Of a stretch of DNA of 64,000 nt, positions 27,729 to 41,557 are shown piece by piece. Below the pieces are notes generated by a model. That model worked only from the letters and a program-made list of their open reading frames with translations. It ran no database searches and was not told the DNA's origin. Every line of letters begins with the position of its first letter. Position 1 is the stretch's first letter. Made by a program: the position numbers and the translations under genes. This DNA comes from the human T2T-CHM13v2.0 reference genome, Homo sapiens, in the NCBI RefSeq assembly GCF_009914755.1, contig NC_060942.1; one strand, written 5' to 3'.

Positions 27729-30528
27729 TCAATAATTTATTTTGAAGTTTACTTATCATTAAATTCCTAAGAGACAAGCACTATTATTCCTATATTAGAA
27801 GTAAATATGTCCCCAGCCACACAGTTAGCAAATATGGTTCCAGGAATTTAGTGAGGTCTATATCAAACCTGTACTATCCTTACAGCAATACACACACACA
27901 CACACAAATGCACATATCGACAAACTTTATAGTAGATTAAAATTTCTATTCAAATTATTCATCTATTTCAATTGATGAAATTTTCCCATGTTTTTGTATT
28001 ACATTATCTTTTGCCACTTTGGGAGTACTGATGATATATTTGTGTTAATCTAGCTCACTCACCTGCACTTTCTGTTTGTGAACACTGATATGTAAATTAA
28101 TAGCTGGTGATAAGAATGCTACCTGTGAATATAAAGAAGAACATTTTAATTGATCTCTTTAGCTCATCAAATAGCTGCAGTGATAATCACCGGTATTCAT
28201 TAAGGAATTCATTTTGTAACAGATGTTCAGAACACTGAAGACACACAGATGTATGAGATATGGTCTTTTGCAGAAACCCTCTTGTTATGTAGCTGTAGAA
28301 GAGATCTTACATGAAAACTCATTTTAAAAAATTCAGTGTTAGATCTGAAAATGAGAATTCATCTTGTAAAACTTTCTCATTGAACAAATGAAGAAACAGA
28401 AAAGCACAGATGAAAAGCCCCAATTAGAACAGTAGGTTAGTGACAGGGTAATGGCCAGAAATACTGTCCTTTAATCCTCAGTCTATGGTCCCTGGTGGTG
28501 TAGCACAAGGAGCATTTGGTAAGATCCACAGATCACACACCATGCAGGTTTTCTTAAAAAAGCATGACTTCTGATGTAATTGGAAAGGCATGCTGCTTTA
28601 ATGCTGCTAGTTTGTCTTCAAGGAATAGCAGGACTAAAATAATTGGAAAGGAGGAAAAACAGGAATACAGAATGACCAACATGAGAAAAGGCACAGAATT
28701 GGAGATGTGTGTGGTATATTTGTTCACCACTTAATACATCAGTTTGACTGGTTATGAGTTTAGATAGGAAAGCAGAGGGGTGAAAAAAAACAAATAGAAG
28801 CTGAATTATAGAGATGTAGGTGGCTGAAACTACAATTTGTATGCAACATAGTATGCTGGAAAACTGGCTCAAATAGTCATGATTCTAAATCTTGGATCCA
28901 ACCCCCAACTGTGAAATTTTAGAGTCCAGTATCGAAATAACCTCAATAATAATATATGCTTGCGTTAGTTAGAAATTGTGCTTGGCTAGTAGCAGCAAAG
29001 CTTAACACTAATGACATACTAATGAGAAGTCTGGAGCTATGCTTTCAAGGACTGACACCTTGGCAGTATAATGCCATCAAGAGCCTTCACTTCATTTTTT
29101 AAGCACTTGTCACCGCTTATTTACAATGTGGCTTCTGGATCTCTTCCATTGTGTTTGTGCCCCAGGTGAGAGAAAGGGGGAGGGCAGAAATCAAATACCA
29201 GGTAAATTAACAGCTATCACTCATGCTTTAAGGAGTTTTTCAATTAGGCTATAGGCTAAAAGTGTATTTTGTACCTCATTTTTCAAAACTTAGATATAAA
29301 GACATCACATCTACAAGGGAGGCTAGCAAATATAGTTTTTCAGAGGGACATATGGCTGCGTCTAATAAAAGCATGGTTCTCTTAACAAGAAGTAAGAGAA
29401 ATATAATTATTAGGCATGCAAATGGAAGTTTCTGCCACATATGATCTTACATATTTGTTTGAGAATTAAGGAAAAAAGGTAAACTATATTTTAAATATTA
29501 TATCCTGCAAAGAGAAAAGTTCAGAAGGTAGGGTAATTTGGGGAAAAGGTTGATGAATTTGCTCATAGATATATTGAGATTGAATTAATGATGGTAAAGC
29601 CATCTATAAAGCAGTGTTCAAAAATTTCAGGAACTAGTTTTAGGCTGGATATTGAGATACAGAGCTGTCAGCATAATAAGTGGATGGGGCAGAAGCTTAA
29701 CTGCTGTTGCTGCAAAAATATGGAAGTGATCTCTCTAATTGTCCGCTCCAATATACACTAAAGGAAGCCAAGTATTTTAGGCTGTAATTTGCAGAAGCTA
29801 GAGAGATTGTTGTAAGTTCACACACCGCTAATGGCATCAGAAGTTGCACTGTAGTTAGTGGTGGTTCATGACTAGGAAATCACCCATCCTCACACTTCTA
29901 GTTCAGCCTCCAATTAACTCAGGCAACTGCATTTCTCAGTCCCTAGGCCAGTCAATCCACAACATCAAATAGTGTTTCCTTTCAGACTTCTTTTAGGGCC
30001 TTTCTTCTCTTGGCTCAATCAGCCATCTACATTACTAAGGCAGAGATACATTACACTTCTCATTCTAAAAAGTATCTGTATTTTCTTTATTTTTCTCACC
30101 TAAGGATTTTTTTTTTCTCAAGTGACTTTATACATTAGCTAATGCTTTATACAACAACTGAAGTTTTTTTGCATGTCCAGAGGGGCTGGTAGAAAATAGG
30201 AAACCCCTTTAATTCTAGGTGACCCCAAGTCCTTGCCATTAAGAAATGTAAAAACCACCAGGACTGTTCTGGATGTTCAGTCTAATCCTTGTCTTTGACA
30301 AAGTGTCCCATCTCATCTCAAGTCAATACCTTTCTGCAAACATGCCCTGACCTCCTTCATAACAACTTCTTAGTTTCTTCCTCAATATTTATTATTTTCG
30401 TTGCAATAAAAAAAGTTTATGTAATGTATTTCCTGAAATAGTATGTCACTTGCAGGTGCTCAAGAGTAATTGCCAAATGCATAAATGAATAAATGGAAGA
30501 CATAAGGAAATGATAACATCATAAATTA

Positions 30529-30530
<2 letters not shown>

Positions 30531-30584
<54 letters not shown>
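30531..30584. repeat. (AT)27 microsatellite
   Basis: Pure 54-nt run. Confidence 0.95.
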
Positions 30585-30586
<2 letters not shown>

Positions 30587-30646
30587 TATTTAGTGAGATC
30601 TAAGTGGGGATTATAGTTATTAACAAATACACACAATTTAGAAGGG

Positions 30647-30945
30647 GTCCGGGCGTGGTGTGTGGTTCAAGCCTGTAATCCTAACACTTTGAGAGGCTGA
30701 GGCAGGAGAATTGCTTGAGCCCAGGAGTTTGGGACCAGCCCTGGCAGCAATAGTGAGACCGTATCTCTACAAAAAATACAAAAATTAGCTTGGCACAGTG
30801 GCCCATGTGTGTAGACCTTGCTCCTTGGGAGGCTGAGATGGGAGGATCACTTGAGCCTGAGAGGTTGAGGCTGTAGTGAGCCATGGTTGCACCACTGTAC
30901 TCCAGCCTGGGCTACAGAGTAGACTTTGTTTAAATAAATAAATAA
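30647..30945 (+). mobile_element. AluJ
   Basis: ttgagcccaggagttt, ggaggatcacttgagcct, gaggctgtagtgagcc; (AAAT)n tail. Confidence 0.9.
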
Positions 30946-31554
30946 ATATATCTACAAGGGGAAGCTGCAGAGTGTATAATTTAGAAATGGTAAATATTTG
31001 AATGATAGAAACTTTTGTTGCCCATGTTTTTTCAAAACAGATAGAGTCCTAGGTTATAACTAGATCCCTAAATTATTTGTAGTTTTCTATGAGGCAAATA
31101 CTGGTTGGAGACCAGTTTAGCATATTAAATAAATTCTCAACTTTAATTTTTTTTTATTCTAACGCTAGGATCTTTGAGACTATTGATAATAGAAGCAAGT
31201 GTTTTAGTCATTGACTTTAGCCCTGTGGGGAATTACATGAATTCATTTAGACCGATGTCTGTCAAGTTCAAGGCCTTTTAGCTTTTAAGAATCTAGACAT
31301 TTGTCTTTTCATGAATATTCAAACATTATCTCAGTTATTAACTTAGAGATTTGACAAAGAGAGCAATTCAGGTTTTAATATTGGCTTAATTGATGCATGA
31401 ATGTATGGGTTATAATCTCATTAAGTTATAATCCTCTTATCAAACATTAATATCAGTTTTCCTATTGCCATTAGATATGACTTACATAGAAGTGTATTTT
31501 ATATATGTATATTGGTTCATACATATACGTATGTATGTAGTATATGTGTACACG

Positions 31555-31586
<32 letters not shown>

Positions 31587-31825
31587 TATATATACACACA
31601 CACACACACATAGATACACACATAACCCTGTTCTAAGTAAGCATATTCCACCCTGTATCTCACGGTAAATGCAGCTATGAAACCTGGATAGAGTGGAGCC
31701 ATCAGGCCTCTAAAAAGTAAATATTAGCAGGTAGTTTAGTGAAGATGAGTATACAGAGTATCTCCAAACCTGTGATGAGTTTACCATTATTTTCTCTCTA
31801 CTGTCCCCTGTCCTGGAGTAATAAT

Positions 31826-32655
31826 TAGAAAAACATTAGTAGAATAAATCCAAAGCAAGGTGAAGAAATAAAACAATAAAGATAAGAACATAAATCAATG
31901 CATTTCAAAACAAATTTTACAGAAATCAATAGAATTAAAAGCTTGTTTTTTTGAACAGACCTAAATATTGATAAACGTCTACCAACACTGACAAAGGAAA
32001 AAAAAAAAGCAGAAAAAATGATAAATATTAAGAACAAAAGAGGAGATGTTACACACCCCGCAAACATAAAAAGCAGAATAAGAAAACACTATAAACAAAT
32101 CTACTGACATAAGTTTTATAATTTCAATGAAATTAGGCAATTTAGAATAAACGGATCAATTTTTCAAAAAGTGTAACTCTCAAAACTCACTCAATATGAA
32201 ATAGATAACCTAAATAATCCCATAACTATTAAATTATAATTTTAGTTAAAAACTTTCTGAAAATGGAAATATCCAAGCACAGATAGCTTCACTGACAAAT
32301 TTTTACCAAACGCTTAAAGAAGAATTACCAAGTGTACACAGTATTGTTCAGGAAATATGAGAAGAGGGAATGCATCCCAACTTTTTTACAAGTACAGCCT
32401 TATTCTTACTACCAAAACCAGGTAGACACAGCAAGTAAAGAAAACTTTGATCAAGACTTTCATGCAAATATTTTCCACAGAACATTTAGATAACTCAATC
32501 AAGCAATATAGAAAAGAATAATTCACCATGATAAAGTAGGGTTTATCCCAGAAGCATAAGATTGGTTTAATATTCAAAAGTTCATCAATATAATTCATCA
32601 TATTAAGAAATTAAAGAAGAAAAAACACACTGTCAGATCAATTGAAAAAAAAAAT
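31826..32655 (+). mobile_element. Old L1 (L1M) ORF2 fragment, degenerate
   Basis: A-rich L1 ORF2 landmarks (gaaatcaatagaattaaaagc.tgttttttgaa, ttcactgacaaatt.taccaaa, ggattggtttaatattcaaaa); multiple stops and frameshifts. Confidence 0.85.
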
Positions 32656-32980
32656 GGGGGAAGCTGGCTCTCCCGCCGTAAGGACACTCAGGCAGTGTTG
32701 TGGAGAGGAGTCCATTTGGCAGCACCAACTCACCATCCATGCCATGCACATGCCATCAATGTGAATAAGACACTTCGAAACTGGATCTTCCAATCCCAGT
32801 CAAATCATCAAATGACTGTAGACCCAGCCAACATTTGACTACAACCTCCTGTGAGATTAAGAGCTAAAACTGCCCTACAAACACACTTTCAAATTCCTGA
32901 CACAAACAAAATAAGATATATTATTATTATGGTTTGATGTCACTAAATTTGATGTATTGCAATGTAATATCCATATACAC
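32656..32980 (+). mobile_element. MaLR LTR fragment (MLT1E/F-like)
   Basis: cccagtcaa..cat.caaatgactgtag.cccagccaaca..tgactacaacctc, typical of MLT1F. Confidence 0.6.
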
Positions 32981-33844
32981 AGGAGTAATAATAATGAGGG
33001 CTCATAGTACATAAATTGGTAAGAGATGTGAGGAAATAAAGGCAAATTGATTTTAAGAAAATGTTGCTAGCATCAATAAACTGTAGGTCCCTATTAGGAT
33101 GAAGAATTGCTGGAGTGGGAGGTGGTGGATAGAGAGTAAGATGCTTGAAGTAGAGTTTCCCACAGTAATGCATATATTAGAGCTGACAAGTCAAGGGTAT
33201 GTTCATAAGAATCCATGACGCCTGGAGTAAAGGAGCAAATCAAGAATCAAGAAGATGAAGAACATGAAAGGCCTTTATGTTTAATGGGTCATGAGGGTAG
33301 CTGAAGCAGTTGCTGATCATCATGCCTAAAGTGGGTGTGTGTTTTTTTCCTGTTTGTTCTTTCGTTCATTTGTTCGTTTGTTTGTTTGTTTTTGAATGAG
33401 AGCCATCTCACCCAACCAGAAAGACTGCGAGGGGAACCTGAAGATGATCATCATGAGGGGAGGGTAAATTTTGTGTATAAAACAAATAATAGCATGGACT
33501 AAAAATACAAGTGGAGTAGTAATTTTTCACTGCTGAAAAAATGTTTGGATTACAGATATTTCAAGAAAAGGCTTTTACATGCAAAAATAGCCATGCAATC
33601 TCAGGGGTTCCACTTTGAAACATGTCTTTAGAATCCTGGTCAAGACCACTGAGTAAGATTTAAAAAAAAAAAAAGAAAGAGGGTTAATAACAGGTTGGTG
33701 CCGTCAGAACAAAAGATATTACTAAGTATATGCAAATGGGCAAGATGTTTACATGTTTCATTTTAGAAGGGTCCATAATCGTGACCAGGGTTACCAAATA
33801 TATTGTAAATGGTTTACAGGAGTCATAATAATAATAATGAATTT

Positions 33845-33960
33845 AGCCAGTGATGGTGGCTCACGCCTATAATCCCAGCATATTAGGAGTCTGAGACGGA
33901 AGGGTCACTTGAGCCCAGGAATTCAAGACCAGCCTGAGGAATATAGCAAGACCCTGCATC

Positions 33961-34006
<46 letters not shown>

Positions 34007-34170
34007 TAGCCAAATATGGTGGTGCATGCCTCTAGTCCTAGCTACTCAGGAGGCTGAGGTGTGAGAATCCCTTAAGCCCAGGAGTTTGAGGTTACAGTGA
34101 TCCACTCCACCCCAGCCTGGGTGACAGCAAGACCCTGTATCAAAAATAAATAAATAATAATAGTAATAAT
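33845..34170 (+). mobile_element. AluJ with a (TAA)n-expanded central linker
   Basis: Alu arms separated by ~14 TAA units at 33963-34004. Confidence 0.9.
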
Positions 34171-34456
34171 AATGAACTTGAAGTTCTAATGACATATTCA
34201 AAGCCATTGTGAAGATTACTGTGGTGTTCATTTAGTACTGTCTGACAGAAAAGCAAACATATTAGTGAGACACAGGTTATAAACCATCTAATATGTGGGG
34301 AGAGTTTTAAACCAGGCATGCATTTATGTGATTAATATGACAGATCAGAGAGTCAGTAGGATTTAGTAATGAGCTACACAAATAATGAAATAGTTTCAGC
34401 AAATTATAATCAAACGTACATGTTGAAGGCTTTTCTTTTCTTCAATGTTCAATTAG

Positions 34457-34593
34457 GTACTCAATTGACAGAAACACAGACTTGGAGAGATACTTCAATA
34501 TTGATGCCAACAGTGGGGTCATCACAACTGCCAAGTCTTTGGATCGAGAGACAAATGCTATTCACAATATCACAGTCCTTGCAATGGAGAGCC
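34457..34593 (+). CDS. CDH7: Cadherin-7 coding exon (probably exon 8), EC4
   Basis: aattag|GTAC...GCC|gtaagt; 137 bp. Encodes YSIDRNTDLERYFNIDANSGVITTAKSLDRETNAIHNITVLAMES (LDRE motif). Confidence 0.97.
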
Positions 34594-35565
34594 GTAAGTT
34601 GTGAGGCTTAAAACTAAATTAAGATGGAGGACAGTGAGTGGAGAATCGATTGTCATGAGGTTGTAAATTCAAGTTAATTAAAGTAGTTCCTTCTTTGAAT
34701 TGTACAAAAACTTGAGAATACCAAATTTCTAAGCTGTGAAATATACTTATCTTCACTGTCTTTCTATGATAATATTTACAAAATTTATGAAAACCAAGGA
34801 CTAAAAAACAATGGGCCTATATTACCTTCACAGGATTTCTTTTTTTCTGATCATAATTCATATATTGTGTTTATGCTGTTATGGAGTTAGTGAAATAACT
34901 TACAATAATTAGTAAATTGATCTATAACAAAGACATCTGGATTTGAATATTCTGATACTGAACTAAGTTTAGTCCCTCATAAAAGATAAAATAATAAATA
35001 AAATAAAATAAAAACTATTGAAAAATGAATGCATATTTGCATGCATATATGTATATGATATATTGTGTATTTTAATGTGTATGCATTTATAATACATGTG
35101 TTGATAATACAAATGTATAGTCATGCAAATATGAGCTCTAACATCAAAGAACATTGAAATTCATGGTTTACCATTTATTCTTCTTTCAACAATTTTCTCA
35201 TCAGGGACTAAAAAACTACAAGTACACATGTAGACCATAAATATACATTTATATATATGCATGTATATCCAAATACACACACATATAATCATGTATATGT
35301 ATATATTTGGATATACATAAGTATGTATACATACACATATACGTATATACATATATGTATGTGTGTATATATATACACACACATACAAATACATACATAT
35401 GAATGTGTGTGTGTATTTGGATCATATTTTCGTATTTTCTATAGCTCCTTTTAAGTAATACAGCATTATGATTCTAGATTTCATTCTCAGCTTCGTCATT
35501 TTATTATTAGAATTGTGCTTTAGATGGGCAAAGAGTAAATGATAAGACACTGTCTTATTTATTAG

Positions 35566-35687
35566 AGAATCCATCTCAAGTAGGAAGAGGCTATGTGGCC
35601 ATCACTATACTTGACATCAATGATAACGCCCCTGAATTTGCCATGGACTATGAGACCACCGTCTGTGAAAATGCCCAGCCGGGGCAG
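35566..35687 (+). CDS. CDH7: Cadherin-7 coding exon (probably exon 9), EC4/EC5 junction
   Basis: ttattag|AGAAT...CAG|gtaaga; 122 bp. Encodes [40 protein letters not shown] (DINDNAPEF motif). Confidence 0.97.
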
Positions 35688-36348
35688 GTAAGAGTCTTCA
35701 GAACACTTTGCTTCTAATTTGTGGTTTCTTAAAAAATATCCAGCAGCAGTTGCCTTTGAAATTCTTCCAGCTTTAAGATAAAATATAATCAGCTTGTTTC
35801 AGCAAAACTAACACTTTGATGTGTAGCATGAACTAATATTAAAGGAACCTTCAAATTCCAGTTTAATTGGGGTGATGAAAATTCCTCAGGAAGGAAAGGT
35901 AAACATTGTAAAAGCTCTGTTAAATGGCTAAGAACTTAGACTCCTTTCGGAGAAAGACAGCATAGTACGCTGATTGGGCTGTTTCCTACCTTACCCAACC
36001 GGGTTTAAGTGTCTTACAATTCTAAGAATTAAGTGCAGTTCAATCTCAGTTTGGTTTGTTCATCTATTGTTCAGTGTCTTGTGATGTTTCCTGGGATGTC
36101 TAATCAATTGGAACAGCTTATTTCTGAAGTTCACAAAAGTGAATTCAAACATGAACTAAGAAAATGACATGATTTGTTTTTCAGAGCCCTTTTTTAGATT
36201 GGGTTCATAATAATACATCGGATCCTTTCTCCCTAGCTCATTCAGGGAGATGGTATTTATTATAAAGTGTAAAATTGCTTTGTCCTGCCACAGAAAACTA
36301 AGCATAGCACACCAATGTGCTTTCATCTTTTACTTTCTCTTTTCCTAG

Positions 36349-36466
36349 GTTATCCAGAAAATCAGTGCTGTGGATAAAGATGAGCCATCCAATGGACACC
36401 AGTTTTACTTCAGCTTAACAACGGATGCAACAAATAACCACAACTTTTCATTGAAAGATAACAAAG
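36349..36466 (+). CDS. CDH7: Cadherin-7 coding exon (probably exon 10), EC5
   Basis: Long pyrimidine tract then cctag|GTT...AAAG|gtaatg; 118 bp. Encodes VIQKISAVDKDEPSNGHQFYFSLTTDATNNHNFSLKDNK. Confidence 0.97.
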
Positions 36467-37963
36467 GTAATGTATTAATATTGTTACCGATAGAGGCAGC
36501 AGGTACAGATACTCTAAGCAAGTATTTTTCTCCCCAGGAATGCTGATTATGGATTTTTTTTAAAGCAAGGACAATAATTAAAGGGCAATGAGCACCTCAA
36601 GTAATTTTTATCTATGGATTTACTATCATGAAGGAAAAGCTGCTATTTAAATTATCTTAGGCCTAAAGCCAAATAGGAGGGAAAGTTAGATTTTTCTCAT
36701 TCTTTTCTTATAAGCACTCGTTTTCTTATTTGTATACCAAGTTCATTATCCAAATAATCTAGTAAGTTGATGGTCAACTAAATACCCTAATAAGTACTAT
36801 GCTCATAGATGCAACTTGAGACATAAGAAAAAGAACTGGACATTACACATTTTAATCTAAATCAACTTTGACTTAATGTTTTCGATAATACCCCTTACTC
36901 TTTTATTTTTACATAAATGCAAATGTAATTCATGCAAATAATAATAAAATAATGACATAATTATGATGCTAAGAAATATAATGTTAAAAATAACAAAACT
37001 CCCTCTCGTGTCAAATTGTATTTCTCTGCTTCAAAGGTAAACACTCTTAGCAGTTTCCTAAATATCATTATAGTAAAAAAAACTTACAAATACCTACAAG
37101 TAGATTTTAGTTTTGCTTAATAATATATATTGACAGTTATAAGAACTTAAAGCACGAGAACCTGCTATCATTGTCTAATTTTGAATCGTATGTTCGAATG
37201 AGTTTTTATTCAAGATATTTATTTTAGTGGAAGGAGAGCATTTGAAACTGATGTAGAGGGTGAATAGTACCCCCCAACAGCATGGAAAATATCTATTTTT
37301 AAAAATTTATGTTGTTTATGTAAATCTGGTTTTAGGAAAAAAGTACAGAATTGGATTTGCTAGTCATTACTGGCTTGTTTAAAACAGACTTACTACCAAA
37401 AGGTGGATAAGAAGTTTTGCATGAAGCCATCACCTTATTTAGTGCAACCTAGGCCTCAAAAAATTTCAATCTCAAAAAAATTCAATCTGAAAATGATAAT
37501 TTTTCCTGATCTTATTTCCTACTCAATGAGAATACTATTGTGTCCCTTTAGTAATATAGAAGGTAGAGCATTCTCTACATGGGTAACTCCAGACTCACTG
37601 ACTTAATCATAGTTAAGAAGGATAATTCTCAGCATTTAGGTTCATCTGGTACAAGTGCAGAGAAGGGAATTTATGAACTTCACAAGGAGAATGTGAGTAT
37701 ATCCCCCATGTGTCACCATCCAATACCACCATGATTGCTGTACAGCACGTGCACTAAAATGTCAGCATTTATAGGACATCCACATTGCCACACAATTGAA
37801 AAATTGTCTACCTTAAGCCCAGAGCTCCCTTGACTGTACCTTGAAGGAAAACATATGAATACAGAGAGAGTCAGTTCTTAAGAAGTCTTCCATATGATCA
37901 CTTTTCTGAATATAGAGTCATATTCTCACTTTTTGGGCATTTCAGCTTGTGTTCCTCAATTCA

Positions 37964-37965
<2 letters not shown>

Positions 37966-37997
<32 letters not shown>
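37966..37997. repeat. (GT)16 microsatellite
   Basis: Read directly. Confidence 0.95.
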
Positions 37998-37998
<1 letters not shown>

Positions 37999-39303
37999 AT
38001 TTTGGTATCAGTCATGTTAGATTACAAATCAACAACTTTCTAAAACTTTTTGTATCAAGTCATAAATGCCTCTGACATCGGAGTTGGTAGGAGGCAGAGG
38101 CATAGGCCTGCGTGCTATTGTGAAATGTACAGGAACTTACTCAAAACAGTATCCTTCAACAACTCCAGCTTAATTTTTTAGTGAGTACCTTCTCAAATTC
38201 ATACATTCTAAAATAAAAGATTTTTTTACATAAAAATCTACCAGATGGAATCTGAAAATCAAACTGTTTTATTACTGTCTCTTCTATAATTGCATGTAAT
38301 ACATTTTCTGCAGTCTAATATGAGCTTGCTGTTTTGTGCTGTTTGAGACAGATTTCATCTTGCTGTTTCACTAGAGTACCGTTAATTTTTTCATGCTATC
38401 ATTGAATAAATCTTTTTGACAGTTTGGAAGAGAGAAAAATAGATAAAAGCACACTGCATGAAACTCTGATCCTGATTTTTCTTCTTTTCCTTTATATTTT
38501 TATTAACAGCTATTAATTTAAAAAAATCTCATAAATACTCTTATTATTTAATTAAGACAAGTTAGTTGGAAAACTGCTAACACACACAAAACATATTTTT
38601 GATATATAAATCACACGTTATATAGACTTATTGATCACTTGTTTAAAGTTCATAATTACTATAATTGCTTAGATGAATTCAAATATTAAATATAAGGTAA
38701 ACATAAATAGCCTGTTTTATCACTGACAAAATGTTTATACACATAGAGTAGCTATAAATACCTATATATAATTTTCAAAATTTTACGATAAAATTCTTCT
38801 GAATATCCCTGTATATTCAATTTAAATAAAGCTAAAGTAGCTGATTTTACCCTTTTTAAATATTGGTCTTGCAACTTGTCTAAGAAAGGATAGACTGAAA
38901 ATTTTATCTGTGCTATATGATGATACTGCAAAATATTTAACCTGTTAATATGTACCATCCTTTCTATAAGTTTATGGTGTCAAATTTAAGATAAGTAAAA
39001 GATGTAGTTTTTATAAAGTTGCAATTAATGTAATAAGTGATGCATAAACATTTTCATATTTTGTTTTACTTTATAACTATTTCTTTTGTTATACTGCATA
39101 GAATAACATAAATGTCTTATAATGTATTAAACTGGAAATGTCCCTCTGTCCTAGAGAATTGAAAGAAAATTGTTGAAATAAATCTGCAACTCCAGAGATT
39201 TCCCTAATTAAGGCATCAAAGTAAATAGAGTGACTTAAATAAAGTTTGGGAAGACTGATTCCATCAGAAATCTGGTGTTATACATTTGCTTTCGTTATCC
39301 TAG

Positions 39304-39555
39304 ACAACACAGCCTCAATACTGACCAGGAGAAACGGCTTCCGGAGACAGGAACAATCAGTTTACTATCTGCCAATTTTCATTGTGGACAGTGGATCTCC
39401 CTCACTTAGCAGCACCAGCACCCTCACCATCCGCGTGTGTGACTGTGATGCTGACGGCGTAGCCCAGACCTGCAATGCAGAGGCCTATGTCCTACCTGCT
39501 GGCCTCAGTACAGGAGCCCTGATAGCCATACTCGCCTGTGTCTTGACATTATTGG
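39304..39555 (+). CDS. CDH7: Cadherin-7 coding exon (probably exon 11), EC5 and most of the TM helix
   Basis: atcctag|AC...TTGG|gtaggt; 252 bp. Encodes [51 protein letters not shown]...[18 protein letters not shown] (type II cadherin [11 protein letters not shown] signature). Confidence 0.97.
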
Positions 39556-39601
39556 GTAGGTACTGTTTCCAGGGCTTGCTCTGAAAGAGCTGTCACAATA
39601 A

Positions 39602-39994
<393 letters not shown>

Positions 39995-40903
39995 TAAGTA
40001 ATACAATTGTTGGCCACACTTTCCAGTGGTATATTTGAAGTATAACTCAGACAAAAAGTTGTATCAATTTCATTTTCAAAGCAACAGTGAAGATAAATGG
40101 CTTATGCTTTAAATTAATGCTTTTTAGGATTAAAAATAATCTATCTTATCCCAGTTCTTTGCTTTAGAGCACTCTACAGAGGAGATACACTAGACTGGAG
40201 AATACATTTTCTATATTGTTTTGACAATATGCTTATTTTAGAAATTATGGCTTTATATTCTACTTTTTAAAGAAATTATTTGATTGCTTTCTTAAATTAT
40301 TTGCAAATTTGAAATGATTACAATTTCAGCAATGCAAATCTTATATTTTTAAAGTATTAAATACTAACACATTTAATTGTACATTTCCATGATTAGTTTA
40401 TTACTCGGTTAAATTAAATTTATAACTCATATTTGCAGTAACTCAGATTTTGCAGCATCCTTTTAAAAATTGGGAGATGTCCAATGTGGACACTGGGTAA
40501 TGGGTTTATTCCAAAGAAACATTTTTCTTCACATTGTAACTTGTAACACGAACACAACAAGAACAGAGTAAACATTCAATATACCGTTCCATATGGTGAA
40601 TGTTCAATAAATTTTAAGTGTTACTGATGGAAAATTATAAGCTAAGACCTAGTTACTAATACATTATAAATGCTGTCGTGAAAATGGAGGTTATTGTCTT
40701 AAGTAACTTAAGCTAAACAAGTAAATCTAAAAGAAAATAAACTATATTTTGCATAGAACTTTACACAGATGCAGAAACTTTGAGAATTTCATTAGAAATG
40801 GGAAGTAATTACCTGCTAAATCTAATTAGAATATAAGGGATTAAAGTTTGAAAAAGGTAGAACCACTGCAAACAAATTTTTATTGGTCTAGAAGCTTCTA
40901 AAA

Positions 40904-41152
40904 CAAACTTGTCCAACCTGTGGCCTGCAAGCCGCAAGCAGCTGAAGATGGCTTTGAATGTGGCCCGACACAAATTCTTAAATGTTCTTAAAACATTATG
41001 AAATGTTTTGCGGTTTTTTGTTTGTTTGTTTTTTGTTTTGTTTTGTTTTTTTTTTTTGCTCACCAGATATTGTTAGTCTATTTTATGTGTGGCCTAAGAC
41101 AAGTATTCTTCTTCCAATGTGGTGCAGGGAGGCCAAAAAATTTAGATTTTGG
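40904..41152 (-). mobile_element. MER30 (hAT-Charlie)
   Basis: caaacttgtccaacctgtggcc...ggctttgaatgtggccc...ttttatgtgtggcc.aagacaa. Confidence 0.8.
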
Positions 41153-41244
41153 AATCTAAAACTTAATAAAAAAGATGTAAATTGCATATTTATTTTATAG
41201 TAGCAGAATAACCTACATTAGAAGATTTAAAAATTACATTTGTG

Positions 41245-41557
<313 letters not shown>

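Noticed and set aside
35561-35570. TAG|AG as a tandem acceptor
   Set aside because: A 2-nt shift rather than NAGNAG; it would frameshift and trigger NMD.
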